A stretch of 64,000 bases of DNA from Candidatus Thorarchaeota archaeon (GTDB taxonomy: Archaea > Asgardarchaeota > Thorarchaeia > Thorarchaeales > Thorarchaeaceae): the NCBI GenBank assembly GCA_003345545.1, contig PRDH01000044.1, positions 1 to 64,000 on the forward strand, written 5' to 3'. Under the pieces are notes generated by a model. That model searched no databases, had not been told where the DNA came from, and saw only the letters and a list, made by a program, of their open reading frames with translations. The position numbers and the translations under genes were made by a program. This document shows, piece after piece, positions 10,054 to 19,725 of this stretch (positions within the stretch are counted from its first letter, which is position 1; every line of letters begins with the position of its first letter).

Positions 10054-12015
10054 ATGAGAAAGACATGTGTCATCCTAATCATTCTAGTATTGCCACTGTT
10101 CACAGCAGTGACTCTTTCACCGATGACGATGCAGGCTGAGGCCTGGGGGCTTGCAACCCACATGGACATAGCTTCGGAAGCCATGAATGCACTTACCAAC
10201 TCAACATGGAAAGAGGTCTTTGATTTCTACAGGCCGGAAATCATAGCAGGGTCCGCAACTCCTGACCAAGTTTGGCAAGACTGGGATAACCACCTCTACT
10301 ACCCAATCACGGGAGAGCATAATGCACCCATTGCGGCCCAGAGATGGTTCAACAATACGAGGGACAATTTCACTCTAGGCAATTGGGAAGATGGTTTCTT
10401 TGCTCTAGGCGTGATGAGCCACTACTTCGCAGACCCCAATTCACCTGTCCACACAGATGAAACATGGGCAGGACATAGCGCCTATGAAACGGACATCAAT
10501 AACAACCTAGACTCACTGACGATTGGAGCTCTTGCAGAGAGCACAGCTACGAATGTCAGCCAGATGGTCGTAGATGGTGCAACGTACGCGCACCAGTACT
10601 ATGACATGGTGGTCGAGGCCTATCCGGAAAGCGGTTCTGTCGCCCTGATGGCGAATGCAACAATCAAGACATTCACAGAGATTTGTCTAACAAATGCCAT
10701 CAACGGGTGCCTATCCATCTTTTACACCCTGACTCAGTTCGTTGCGCCACCAGATGTAAGCATCTTGTATGAGTACGTTGCCCTTGTCGACTACGCGCAC
10801 TCCAATGACTACATCGACCTCTCGGACCAGCTGACATCACTGAACACCAGTCTCAGCAGAGAAGGCTTCGAGTCGAGAAAACAGACGACAGCGTTTACTG
10901 CTAGTGATCTTGTTGGTGTAGATTTGTTGATTGCAACGTGTGGATTTGATGCCTATTCTGCCGCTGAGCTTACTGCAATATCAGACTGGGCAGACACAGG
11001 CAATAGATCAATCCTGTTGACAGGTCGGGGAGACTTCTCAATATATACCGACACTGCCAGACCAAATCAAATACTAGAGGCAGTTGAATCCAACATACGT
11101 GTCACAGATGACAATGTGTACATGACGGGAACATACAAGCTATGGTACAACGATTTGGACACTATGCTTGCGCCTGTGGATACTCTCAATTTGACATATG
11201 GAGTGAGTACATTCACAATGTTCTCGCCAACAAGTCTGTATTTCCTTAATGACACTCCAATCCTCCCGGTGATTATGGCCGATCATGCAGCCTATCAGAC
11301 AGATGACTACCTGCCAGCTGCGGAAGTCATCTATGACAGTATGGCAGATGGTGTCTATGGCGATCAGATTCCCCTCGCCGCAGTGGAGGAAGTTGGCAGT
11401 CTTAGAATCCTTGTTACGGGCACGACTTTCTTCAGTGATTTCGACTACGGAAAGACAGCTCAATTCGACAACATTGTCTTTTTGGAGAACTTCTTGGAGT
11501 GGGCAGTGGAGGACCGATCTGATCGGCCTGTAGGGGCCGTCGATGAAATAGGGCCCAGATTTAGTGATATTCAGTGGAGTCCTACGTCTCCAGCGGAAGG
11601 GCAGAGTGTTCTGGTCACGGTGACGGCGACAGATCCAAGTGGTGTTTCGTTTGTATATCTCAAGTATAACAACGGGACATTCTTCGTGTCACGGCAAATG
11701 CTAGCCAATGATAGCATTCACTTTTCTACTACAGTTTCAGATATAGTAAATGGTCCAGTCGTATTCACCTTCCAAGCACTAGATACCCATTCGAATATGG
11801 CAGCATTCGCATCATTCACAATCAACTGGCCTGCAGCAGTAACCACAACGATAACCACTACTACTACCACGACTAGTACAACTTCAACAACCACCACAAC
11901 ATCAAGCGTGACTCGCCCTACGTTTAATCCTACGGTAATGTATCTGGCACTATCAGCAGGAATCGGTATTCTTGTCGTAGTTCTGATTCTGGTCTTTGTA
12001 AAGAGACGGAGATAG
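10054..12015 (+). CDS. Surface-anchored Zn-dependent phospholipase C / S1-P1 nuclease-like domain fused to a GldG/DUF4350-like domain
   Basis: Predicted mature N-terminus WGLATH after the AEA cleavage site; PD, NH, HYFADPNSPVH and HSAYE zinc-ligand motifs; ALVDYAH domain; Thr linker, TM and KRRR tail. Confidence 0.8.
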   Translation: MRKTCVILIILVLPLFTAVTLSPMTMQAEAWGLATHMDIASEAMNALTNSTWKEVFDFYRPEIIAGSATPDQVWQDWDNHLYYPITGEHNAPIAAQRWFNNTRDNFTLGNWEDGFFALGVMSHYFADPNSPVHTDETWAGHSAYETDINNNLDSLTIGALAESTATNVSQMVVDGATYAHQYYDMVVEAYPESGSVALMANATIKTFTEICLTNAINGCLSIFYTLTQFVAPPDVSILYEYVALVDYAHSNDYIDLSDQLTSLNTSLSREGFESRKQTTAFTASDLVGVDLLIATCGFDAYSAAELTAISDWADTGNRSILLTGRGDFSIYTDTARPNQILEAVESNIRVTDDNVYMTGTYKLWYNDLDTMLAPVDTLNLTYGVSTFTMFSPTSLYFLNDTPILPVIMADHAAYQTDDYLPAAEVIYDSMADGVYGDQIPLAAVEEVGSLRILVTGTTFFSDFDYGKTAQFDNIVFLENFLEWAVEDRSDRPVGAVDEIGPRFSDIQWSPTSPAEGQSVLVTVTATDPSGVSFVYLKYNNGTFFVSRQMLANDSIHFSTTVSDIVNGPVVFTFQALDTHSNMAAFASFTINWPAAVTTTITTTTTTTSTTSTTTTTSSVTRPTFNPTVMYLALSAGIGILVVVLILVFVKRRR

Positions 12016-12024
12016 ATAGAGCGC

Positions 12025-12060
12025 TGGCTTGGTCTACTCCAAGCCATCTCTCCCTTTTTT
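12025..12060 (+). terminator. Stem-loop plus U-tract terminator
   Basis: tggcttgg-tctact-ccaagcca followed by tctctccctttttt after the stop at 12015. Confidence 0.65.
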
Positions 12061-12229
12061 GTCAGCAACACATTCAGACAGCATGGGAAAAAAACTGCAG
12101 ACCTTTCGATTTCGGAGCAGACCAGCATCAAAAATCGTACAAGGTGCCATCCGCAAATATTCATATGCGTTGAACGATAATTAACTGCAGACTCATGAGA
12201 CGTCGGTGTGGTCACAGGTGTCTTTAGGG

Positions 12230-12868
12230 ATGCAATCGGATGAGATGGACAGAGAGATTGAGATAGCGATAGTCAGGTCTTTTGGCTGGTCGATAATTGA
12301 TTTTGAGGCAGCTCTGTTTCAGAAGTTCCTGGTCGTATCTGCATCTACATCATTGATGACAGAGGACATGTTTCGCAAGCACCTGAAAAACATGCAGGCA
12401 AAGGGGTATGTGGCTCCAGTAGAATTCCAGGGAAAAAGAGCTTGGAAAAGGCTGGTCATCGAAACAGACATCGACGAACCAGCTCTCACACCTGAAGAGG
12501 TCAAGGAATTCATTGAAAAAGCAAGGGACAGGATGACAGAGAAGAAGGGCCATATGGAGCCATCGGGCGAAAAAGTGGTAAGCGAGTCAAAGGCTCTGGC
12601 TGAAACCATTATCAGGTTTCTCGAGAGAGGAATAGCAGAACGACATCCGATGAAGAAGAGAATAGGAGAGCCCAAACTGATTGATCATGTTGAAGCGATG
12701 CAGAGAGCGCTTGCTGAATCAAAAGAGAAATTCCTGAGATATGTGCATGACCATATTCCAGGTGTCTACAAGGACATGGAGAGTATTTTGGATTCCAAGG
12801 GAGAGGAAGCTCTCCTGCTCAGTCTTCGCGTAATCGAGTCTGGCCACAGGGCCTATCCGCCTCAGTAG
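12230..12868 (+). CDS. Hypothetical protein, possible N-terminal winged helix
   Basis: Long ORF filling the gap; FRKHLKNMQAKGYV..VEFQGKRAWKR resembles a wHTH recognition helix and wing. Start uncertain (12206, 12230 or 12245). Confidence 0.6.
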   Translation: MQSDEMDREIEIAIVRSFGWSIIDFEAALFQKFLVVSASTSLMTEDMFRKHLKNMQAKGYVAPVEFQGKRAWKRLVIETDIDEPALTPEEVKEFIEKARDRMTEKKGHMEPSGEKVVSESKALAETIIRFLERGIAERHPMKKRIGEPKLIDHVEAMQRALAESKEKFLRYVHDHIPGVYKDMESILDSKGEEALLLSLRVIESGHRAYPPQ

Positions 12869-13941
12869 TTACGCATCACAAGGAACTCTGATATGTCGAG
12901 CAAGAACTGCTTGTAGGGCTCCTTGAAGGGAGGCTTTGCCTTATCAAGAGCCACCTGTCCTTCGTGAAGAAGTTGATTCTTTATCTTATCCGCAGACTCA
13001 AGAGCACCAGAGTCGCGGAAAATCCTTCGAACGTTTTCGACTTGCTCAGCTGTGACGTGGTCATTTCCGAGTGATTTCTCGAGCGTCTTCTTCTGGGCTG
13101 TAGTGCAGAGTCGCAACGCTTGGATCACGAGCATGGTCTTCTTGCCTTCACGAATGTCACCATCAGAGGCCTTTCCTGTGACAGACTCATCTCCAAAGGT
13201 ACCCAAGATGTCGTCCTGTATCTGAAATGCTTGACCAACTTTGACGCCATATTCGCTCAGAGCTTTCATCTGAGACTCTGATCCTCTGGCCATGGCTCCA
13301 CCCATCAATAGGGACTTCTCCAGAAGAACTGCGGTCTTCATCCGTATCATGTCAAGATACATCTCAGCCGTAGCCTTTGGGTCCTTTACCATTGTCATCT
13401 CTAGCAGGACACCCTCGACGAGCTCATCAAAGCTCTTCTGGTAGTAGACGAGGCACTCTATTCCAATGTCCGGCTCCAAATCTGATTCAGTGATTGCCAC
13501 TGAGCCTAGATTCATGAGTGTATCTCCACCAAGAATCGCAGCGGTCATACCGAAATGACTGGCCTTCTCTGGATCGGGAGACACACTCTTCTTGTACCAC
13601 TCCCGATATCGCGCATGGAAGGTAGGACCGCCACGTCGGGTTTCATCACGATCGATGAGGTCATCATGAAGGAGAGATGCATTGTGCAGTATCTCAACAG
13701 AACAGGCCGCGCGATAGTAGCTCGCTGGATCGATGTTGCCGCCAATTGCCTTGTATGCAACGACAACTGCGATAGGTCTGAACCGCTTGCCGCCACGCAT
13801 CATGTACTCCTTGATGTACTCATAATACTGGACATGGGAGGGTCCGAGCTTCTTCGCTTTCTTGATTCTGTTGTCGAGAAAGTCCTCGAGGGCTCGATTC
13901 ACTGCAGCAAGTTCGCTTTTGATAATCTCTTCAAATGCCAC
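12862..13941 (-). CDS. idsA: Polyprenyl diphosphate (GGPP) synthase
   Basis: GGKRFRP, first aspartate-rich motif LLHDDLIDRDETRRG, KTA, second motif FQIQDDILG, DIREGKKT. Confidence 0.92.
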   Translation of the reverse strand: MAFEEIIKSELAAVNRALEDFLDNRIKKAKKLGPSHVQYYEYIKEYMMRGGKRFRPIAVVVAYKAIGGNIDPASYYRAACSVEILHNASLLHDDLIDRDETRRGGPTFHARYREWYKKSVSPDPEKASHFGMTAAILGGDTLMNLGSVAITESDLEPDIGIECLVYYQKSFDELVEGVLLEMTMVKDPKATAEMYLDMIRMKTAVLLEKSLLMGGAMARGSESQMKALSEYGVKVGQAFQIQDDILGTFGDESVTGKASDGDIREGKKTMLVIQALRLCTTAQKKTLEKSLGNDHVTAEQVENVRRIFRDSGALESADKIKNQLLHEGQVALDKAKPPFKEPYKQFLLDISEFLVMRNY

Positions 13942-14082
13942 GTGGATTCTCTCCAGAATCAGATGTCAGGTTTGGCAACGCTGCTCCTTTTTAGCATTTC
14001 TGAAATCGTCGAAGAATTGTTTAGAGTTCAACGATGCCAATGCAACCAGAGCCGGTATCATCAATCTCGCTCGACGCGGTTT

Positions 14083-15459
14083 CTATTGTCCAACGATTTC
14101 AGTATTGGGGAAAGCTATAGTTGGCATTACTCGCTTGTCATGGACTTCCGGATTGTCCGCAACGAGAAGATTCCCTTTGATTGACTCGTAAAGATTCCCA
14201 ACCCATAATGCATACTTAATAGCGCGACCTAATTCACCGTTCTCAATCACACGGCCATTTCGTATCTCGTTTGAGAATGTGCCAGACATTGAATCGACAA
14301 TTGGGTATGCGAAGTGTTCGATATAGACACCTCGCTTCACTTCAGCGATAATATCTTCAACTGACTTGGAACTCGGCTTCACTTCCATTGTTGTTGCATC
14401 GCATTCTGCAGGAAACGAGAATCTGCCCGCGAGCTCACGGGCGGTTCTACGCATTCCATTTCCAGTTGACGTCATCTCGAGTTGGTAGGCGTTGTAGCTG
14501 TCGAAGAGATATGACTTCAAGATACCCTTCTCAAGGACAGTCGTCTTTTGTGTTGGCACTCCTTCATCGTCAACGATTCCACTAAGCAGACCTCTCTTTG
14601 AGAGACCATTATCCACTATGGTTAGGTTTTTGCTTGCCACTCTCTCACCAATCTTATCTGCCCATGGACTGGATTTCTTGTTGACATTGTCTCCAGCTGC
14701 CGCAAAGCCCACCAGACTGTATATCATTTCTGTCCCTTCGCTCGGAGCAAGAACTGCAGTGGCATCTTCCCATTTTTGTGTGAATGGTCGGGCCTTAAGT
14801 ACGCTCAGTGCCTGTGATCTCATCAGCTCCCCTATTCCATGGAAATCAATGGTGCCGATTCCACGGCTCCAGCAACGCTGAACACCTTCTCCTACTCCGT
14901 CTTTGCTCGCAGACTTGGCGGTGAAGAATCCGAACGCGATAGTCCCCTTGGAACCTACATCAATTCCGAGCGAGTTGGAAACATGGTATTCGACAGAGCT
15001 GGTTCTAAGGGAACCGTTCGGGACTGTGACGTTCTTAGCCGATGCACCCTTGACAACCTCCATTGCCTTTTCCATCAGAATCGTGCTATCTGCCGCTGCT
15101 GTGTCGTTATCATGGAATCTATTGGAAGAACCAGATGCCTTCTTTGGTGCCGGCAACGAGACGAACTTCTCATCTTCATTACTCACTAGAGCCAGCGATT
15201 TGGCACGTTCGATGACTTCCTCAGGAGATTCTTGAGCTAGAGTAGAACTGGTAAATCCTATCCGCTTTCCTATGACGAATTTCAGGCCAATACCAGACTC
15301 CGTCATAGATCCTCCGATTTTGGGGATGTTGTCATCAATGTACGTGCTAGCTGTTTTGACCCTTGTCGCGTAGACCTCAGCTTGTGTTGCACCATTCTTT
15401 TCCGCTTGTGCAACCATCTTTTCAGCGATATCAGCAATCCTCACTCTACCCACCTCCAA
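14083..15459 (-). CDS. pmbA: TldE/PmbA family protein
   Basis: DDEGVPT...LEKGILKSYL, STGNG; lacks the HExxGH motif; adjacent to tldD. Confidence 0.88.
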   Translation of the reverse strand: MEVGRVRIADIAEKMVAQAEKNGATQAEVYATRVKTASTYIDDNIPKIGGSMTESGIGLKFVIGKRIGFTSSTLAQESPEEVIERAKSLALVSNEDEKFVSLPAPKKASGSSNRFHDNDTAAADSTILMEKAMEVVKGASAKNVTVPNGSLRTSSVEYHVSNSLGIDVGSKGTIAFGFFTAKSASKDGVGEGVQRCWSRGIGTIDFHGIGELMRSQALSVLKARPFTQKWEDATAVLAPSEGTEMIYSLVGFAAAGDNVNKKSSPWADKIGERVASKNLTIVDNGLSKRGLLSGIVDDEGVPTQKTTVLEKGILKSYLFDSYNAYQLEMTSTGNGMRRTARELAGRFSFPAECDATTMEVKPSSKSVEDIIAEVKRGVYIEHFAYPIVDSMSGTFSNEIRNGRVIENGELGRAIKYALWVGNLYESIKGNLLVADNPEVHDKRVMPTIAFPNTEIVGQ

Positions 15460-16837
15460 CCATCATCTGTGCTCTCATTATGGGACCACCCGTGGATACT
15501 GGGATGAAGTCCTCCTCGCCTTTCCCGCAAGTTCCACCACCTGAGAATGTAAGCTCGTTTCCGACAGCATCAACTGTCTTCAGTATGTCCAGCACTTTTC
15601 CTGCTAGGGTCATGCTGCGAACCAGCTGTGCAATCTCACCGTTCTTGACTATGTAGCCTCTGAGCGCTGAGCATTGCACACCGCCGCCAACAACATCTTC
15701 CATTCCAGACAGTGATTTCTCAACATAGAGACCCTCTTTTGTTTCGGAGATTATCTCGTCATTCTTCCAGTCACCAGAGTCAAAGAAGGTATTCGTCATC
15801 CGCGCAAAGATACGTCGGTTGTAGTCCTGAGCTCGACCATTTCCTGTGGGCGCGACACCCATGAGTGAAGCTGTTTCGAGAGTATGCAAGTATCCTTTGA
15901 AAATCCCTTCTTCAATAATCACAGTACGGGAGGAGCGTGTGCCTTCAGAATCGAAAGGAAAGCTGCCACGGATACCTTCCAGTGTACCATCATCTATCAA
16001 TGTGACAAGGTCGGTTCCAACCTTCACTCCGACCATGTCAGTAAGGAAGGAGCGTTTCTTCACAACCTCATCAGCCTCACTTGCATGACCACAGACTTCG
16101 TGAGCGATAAGGCCAGAAACGTCACTATCAACAATTACAGTCATAGAGCCGGAAGGGGGCTTCGCAGCGCTGAGAAGCTCGATGGCCCCTTTAGCGCATT
16201 CAGCAGCGAGTTCTTCAGGACTGATAGACTCTGCCAATTCGTAGCCTGCTGTTCCACCCTTCACTTCATAATTGAAGTGCATACGAGTTCCCTCTCGAGC
16301 GACGGGCTGAACTACAGCCAAGATTCGTACTTCATCCCACTCTAGCCGAGATCCTGCCGTATTCACAAGTCGGAATCCAGTCTTTGAATCGCTGTAGACT
16401 GAGTTTGTATTTACGATGCGATCTTCAATCTTCTGAGCCTTGTCAAGAGCCATAACAAGATTCAGCTTATCCTCTGTTGATACATTTGCTGGATCGATTT
16501 TGCATTTCTGCGATAGCTTTTGTTCAATAGGTTTTACACCCGAGAAGTCAAGGGATTTTCGTGAGAATCGAGCATTTGCTTTTGCGCTCGTAATGGCTTC
16601 TTTGAGCAAGTTCCTGCAAGTTTCAAATGTCAATGGTTCAGAGCTAGAAGACATACCCCAACACTCACCGACTAATGCTCTCGCTACGGCACCTGATTTG
16701 GTTGCTCGGCTGAACCTCTGAATATCGCCATTGCTCACTATGATCTGGGTAGATGCATGGGATTCTTGTCGAATATCGGCGAAGGTTACTGCTTTTGCGG
16801 GAACATCCTCTACGACTCTAGCCATTATGTCCAGCAT
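15446..16837 (-). CDS. tldD: TldD metalloprotease
   Basis: HEVCGHASEAD zinc motif, FDSEG, TGNGRAQ, RMTNT, CGKG. Confidence 0.92.
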   Translation of the reverse strand: MLDIMARVVEDVPAKAVTFADIRQESHASTQIIVSNGDIQRFSRATKSGAVARALVGECWGMSSSSEPLTFETCRNLLKEAITSAKANARFSRKSLDFSGVKPIEQKLSQKCKIDPANVSTEDKLNLVMALDKAQKIEDRIVNTNSVYSDSKTGFRLVNTAGSRLEWDEVRILAVVQPVAREGTRMHFNYEVKGGTAGYELAESISPEELAAECAKGAIELLSAAKPPSGSMTVIVDSDVSGLIAHEVCGHASEADEVVKKRSFLTDMVGVKVGTDLVTLIDDGTLEGIRGSFPFDSEGTRSSRTVIIEEGIFKGYLHTLETASLMGVAPTGNGRAQDYNRRIFARMTNTFFDSGDWKNDEIISETKEGLYVEKSLSGMEDVVGGGVQCSALRGYIVKNGEIAQLVRSMTLAGKVLDILKTVDAVGNELTFSGGGTCGKGEEDFIPVSTGGPIMRAQMMVGGG

Positions 16838-16921
16838 GAGGTTTCACTGTCTGGACGGATGTTGAACGCGAGATAAGCCTTTGGAGGAAGGCAAGTCTCA
16901 ATCTCGTCACTAAAACAGCAT

Positions 16922-17836
16922 TTAATAGGAGAGCTTCCCCTTGAAGACGATGACGCCAGTACCACTGACCTTGACTTGCTCAATGTCTTCTTTGTCGCCG
17001 TGAACTTCAACGAAGACTCTTCCTGGGCGACCCACGTGATACCCTTGCTCAACGACAATGCTAGTCACAGGGCGAGTGGGCTCGATGAAACCATAGCGAA
17101 TGAGATAGCAACCGATGCTGCCCGCTGCAGAACCAGACACGGGATCCTCGTAGACTCCGAGAGCAGGTGCGAAGGTCCGAACCTGGGCATCTGAAGTGGG
17201 TGCTCTCGTTTCCCTAGTGAAGACGCTCACAGTGACATAATCGGAGTCCTTCTGAAGCGCCTTGAGCTTGTCCCAGTCTGGCTTTATTCGATCAAGCGCT
17301 CTCATTGTTGAGAGAGGCATAATGAGGTGGGGAGTTCCGGTGCTTACTGTTTGAATCGGACTTGGTGAATGATAGTCTGCAAGCGTGAGACCCAACGCCT
17401 TGAGGTACTCCTTCGGGTCATAGGTCCTCAGGAAGACTGGCTTCCTGTGGGTAATCTGGATTTCATGTCTGCCAGTCGATTCGTTCTTGACTATCTCCAC
17501 GTCGAGAATGCCAGCTCGTGTTTCGAGGCTGACCATTGTGACATCCTTTGCTGTTTCAATCAGTCCTTCCCTAATCAGTGCATGAAACGCCGCAATAGTA
17601 GGATGACCTGAGAAGTCTATCTCGCTCTTCGGGGTCAAATACCTGAAGTAGAAATTCGCCTTATCGGACTCCATAACAAAGACCGTTTCACGCGTGTTCA
17701 TCTCGCGAGCGATTTTGGAGAGCATTTCATCGTCTAGACGATCAGCACCAAGAACGACTGAAGCAGGGTTGCCTCCGAAAGGAGTGTCTGTGAAAGCATC
17801 AACATGGAAGATATCAAGTTCGCTGCGAGGAACCAT
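16922..17836 (-). CDS. PhzF family isomerase/epimerase
   Basis: VDAFTDTPFGGNPA, ETVF, EIDFSGHPT, EDPVSGSA, EQG..GRPG. Confidence 0.9.
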   Translation of the reverse strand: MVPRSELDIFHVDAFTDTPFGGNPASVVLGADRLDDEMLSKIAREMNTRETVFVMESDKANFYFRYLTPKSEIDFSGHPTIAAFHALIREGLIETAKDVTMVSLETRAGILDVEIVKNESTGRHEIQITHRKPVFLRTYDPKEYLKALGLTLADYHSPSPIQTVSTGTPHLIMPLSTMRALDRIKPDWDKLKALQKDSDYVTVSVFTRETRAPTSDAQVRTFAPALGVYEDPVSGSAAGSIGCYLIRYGFIEPTRPVTSIVVEQGYHVGRPGRVFVEVHGDKEDIEQVKVSGTGVIVFKGKLSY

Positions 17837-17963
17837 TCAACACCATCTCCGAAGGCCCTTCTCGGAGCGTGCTAATTAATCATTGCATCTGATTTCACTG
17901 CACAATCAACCATCATCATGTGCGTCCCAAAGTGATATAGCGGAATACTCCAAATGCCACGTC

Positions 17964-19175
17964 ATGGCCATCAAGATTGTTCCTTTCTTTTCAGCACTTT
18001 CGCCCGATGGACTCAGGAGCCAGGTTCTTGATAGGATACAACAAGAGGGTGTTAGGATAGTCTCAAGCGCAGAGGAGCTCGCACCCAAGGAATCCGTCTG
18101 CATCTTCATCGGAACTGGGGGAACAGAGAATGATGTGGTTGAGTTCCTTGAAAATGCCCGCTCCGCATCTCAAATAACCATACTGAGTTATGACGAACGA
18201 AACTCGCTGCCTGCTTCAATGGAGATACGAGCTTACTTGCAGAGGAGAGGAGTTGAGGCTACGATAGTGCATGAACCTCTGAATGGGCTCCGCGAGCTTC
18301 TTGGCAGATGGGTCAAATGTTCGCAGATCATCGAGCATCTTAAGGGCAGCAGACTTGGACTTGTCGGCCAATCGTCATCTTGGCTGATTGCCTCGGATGT
18401 CATTCGCCGAAAGGTAGCCAAGAAATGGGGACTTGAGATAGTTGATATTCCAATACAGGAACTGATGGATGATTTGCCGGAAACATCCAACAATGGATTC
18501 AAGACGCGTATGGATGATTTTCAGTCTCATGCGATATGCCAGAGTGTTTCAAGCGCGGATATTGGCCGAGCTGGAGCCGTGGCACAGCGACTTGCAGAAA
18601 TCGTCAACGACGCCAAACTTGATGCTGTGACTGTTCAGTGTTTCACGCTGCTTCAAGAAACGGGCACATCAGGGTGTGTTGCTCTGTCCTCCGTCAACGA
18701 CGTGAGAGATCTAGTGGCAGGATGCGAGGGTGATATTCCTGCTACCTTCACGATGTTGCTTGCCAAGATGCTCACAGGACTGCCCTCATTCATGGCGAAT
18801 GTAGCGAGTGTGGACCTGGAGCTTAACACCGCAGTATTTGCACACTGCACAGTACCTTTGAGCATGACTGAAGGATACGAGACGACCAGCCATTTTGAAA
18901 CAGGAAAGAGTGTGGGCATTCGAGGAAGATTGCCGCTCTCTGAGGTAACAGTCTTCAAAGTCTTCGGGGAGGATTTAGGTGAGCACTGGGTTTCTAGCGG
19001 CACCATCATTGAAAACCTGGTGAATGAGAGTGGATGCAGGACTCAAATCAGAGTTGCAATGGACGAGCCTGTTGATTATTTCCTAGAGGAGTCACTGGCG
19101 AATCACCACATTATCATACTAGGAGATCATGTTGAGGTGATTGCAGAATTCTTTGAGTTCCTTCGCAGAAAGTGA
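17964..19175 (+). CDS. L-fucose/L-arabinose isomerase-like protein
   Basis: NSLPASME, CF, GCEGD, AHCTVP, SHFETG, CRTQ, LANHH. The ATG at 17964 is preferred over the TTG at 17883. Confidence 0.75.
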   Translation: MAIKIVPFFSALSPDGLRSQVLDRIQQEGVRIVSSAEELAPKESVCIFIGTGGTENDVVEFLENARSASQITILSYDERNSLPASMEIRAYLQRRGVEATIVHEPLNGLRELLGRWVKCSQIIEHLKGSRLGLVGQSSSWLIASDVIRRKVAKKWGLEIVDIPIQELMDDLPETSNNGFKTRMDDFQSHAICQSVSSADIGRAGAVAQRLAEIVNDAKLDAVTVQCFTLLQETGTSGCVALSSVNDVRDLVAGCEGDIPATFTMLLAKMLTGLPSFMANVASVDLELNTAVFAHCTVPLSMTEGYETTSHFETGKSVGIRGRLPLSEVTVFKVFGEDLGEHWVSSGTIIENLVNESGCRTQIRVAMDEPVDYFLEESLANHHIIILGDHVEVIAEFFEFLRRK

Positions 19176-19184
19176 ACAGGCATG

Positions 19185-19330
19185 ATAGTTAGAGAGAATG
19201 AGGTGGCGAGCATGCGGGAAATCGTGGTAGGAGGGGGGAGTTTCGTAATTGAGGGCATGTAACGAAAAACTAGCCCACACACTCGCCAATGTTTCTTTCC
19301 ATGGAGGTAAATCTTGCCCTTAATCCTCCG
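19185..19330 (-). ncRNA. Candidate structured small RNA (unknown family)
   Basis: 15-bp stem 19288-19274/19218-19204 with 3 G-U pairs on the minus strand, an inner hairpin, a 5' hairpin and loop-loop complementarity; BRE/TATA-like GGCAAACTTTAATAA upstream. Confidence 0.5.
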
Positions 19331-19725
19331 TGATAAGATGATAGCAGAGGTCACTTATTAAAGTTTGCCTAGGTGAAGATACTGAATTCGATGGTTTATG
19401 AAATGTTTAAGTTTTCGGCGGCATTCCCTAAATCTGCCAAGGCGACATGGAACAATGCGATAGAATTGGCGCGTATGGCATTTCGAAGGCCAGTGATTCA
19501 AGCCCCCATAGATTGGTCGGTCTATTTGTTAAGGCGTTCACGTGTCACTTTAATGTTGTATAACTGTCAAAGAAGCCACCATATGCAACGATGCACTCCA
19601 GCAGAGCAATGTTTCGAGGGGAATGTTTCACGCTATGGTGCGTGATTCTTCTATTGACCACTCAGAAGAAAAGAGGAGGAGTGCATCACTTGGCTGAGTA
19701 GCTGCAACACCTTTGAAGCATGATC

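Noticed and set aside
11840-11900. ACN trinucleotide-like repeats (also near 5055-5075, 7208-7248 and 9828-9870)
   Set aside because: They encode poly-Thr linkers with mixed codons; not CRISPR arrays or microsatellite contingency loci.
19373-19645. 90-aa plus-strand ORF in the gap before tes
   Set aside because: No recognisable motif and atypical composition; cannot be supported, though not formally excluded.
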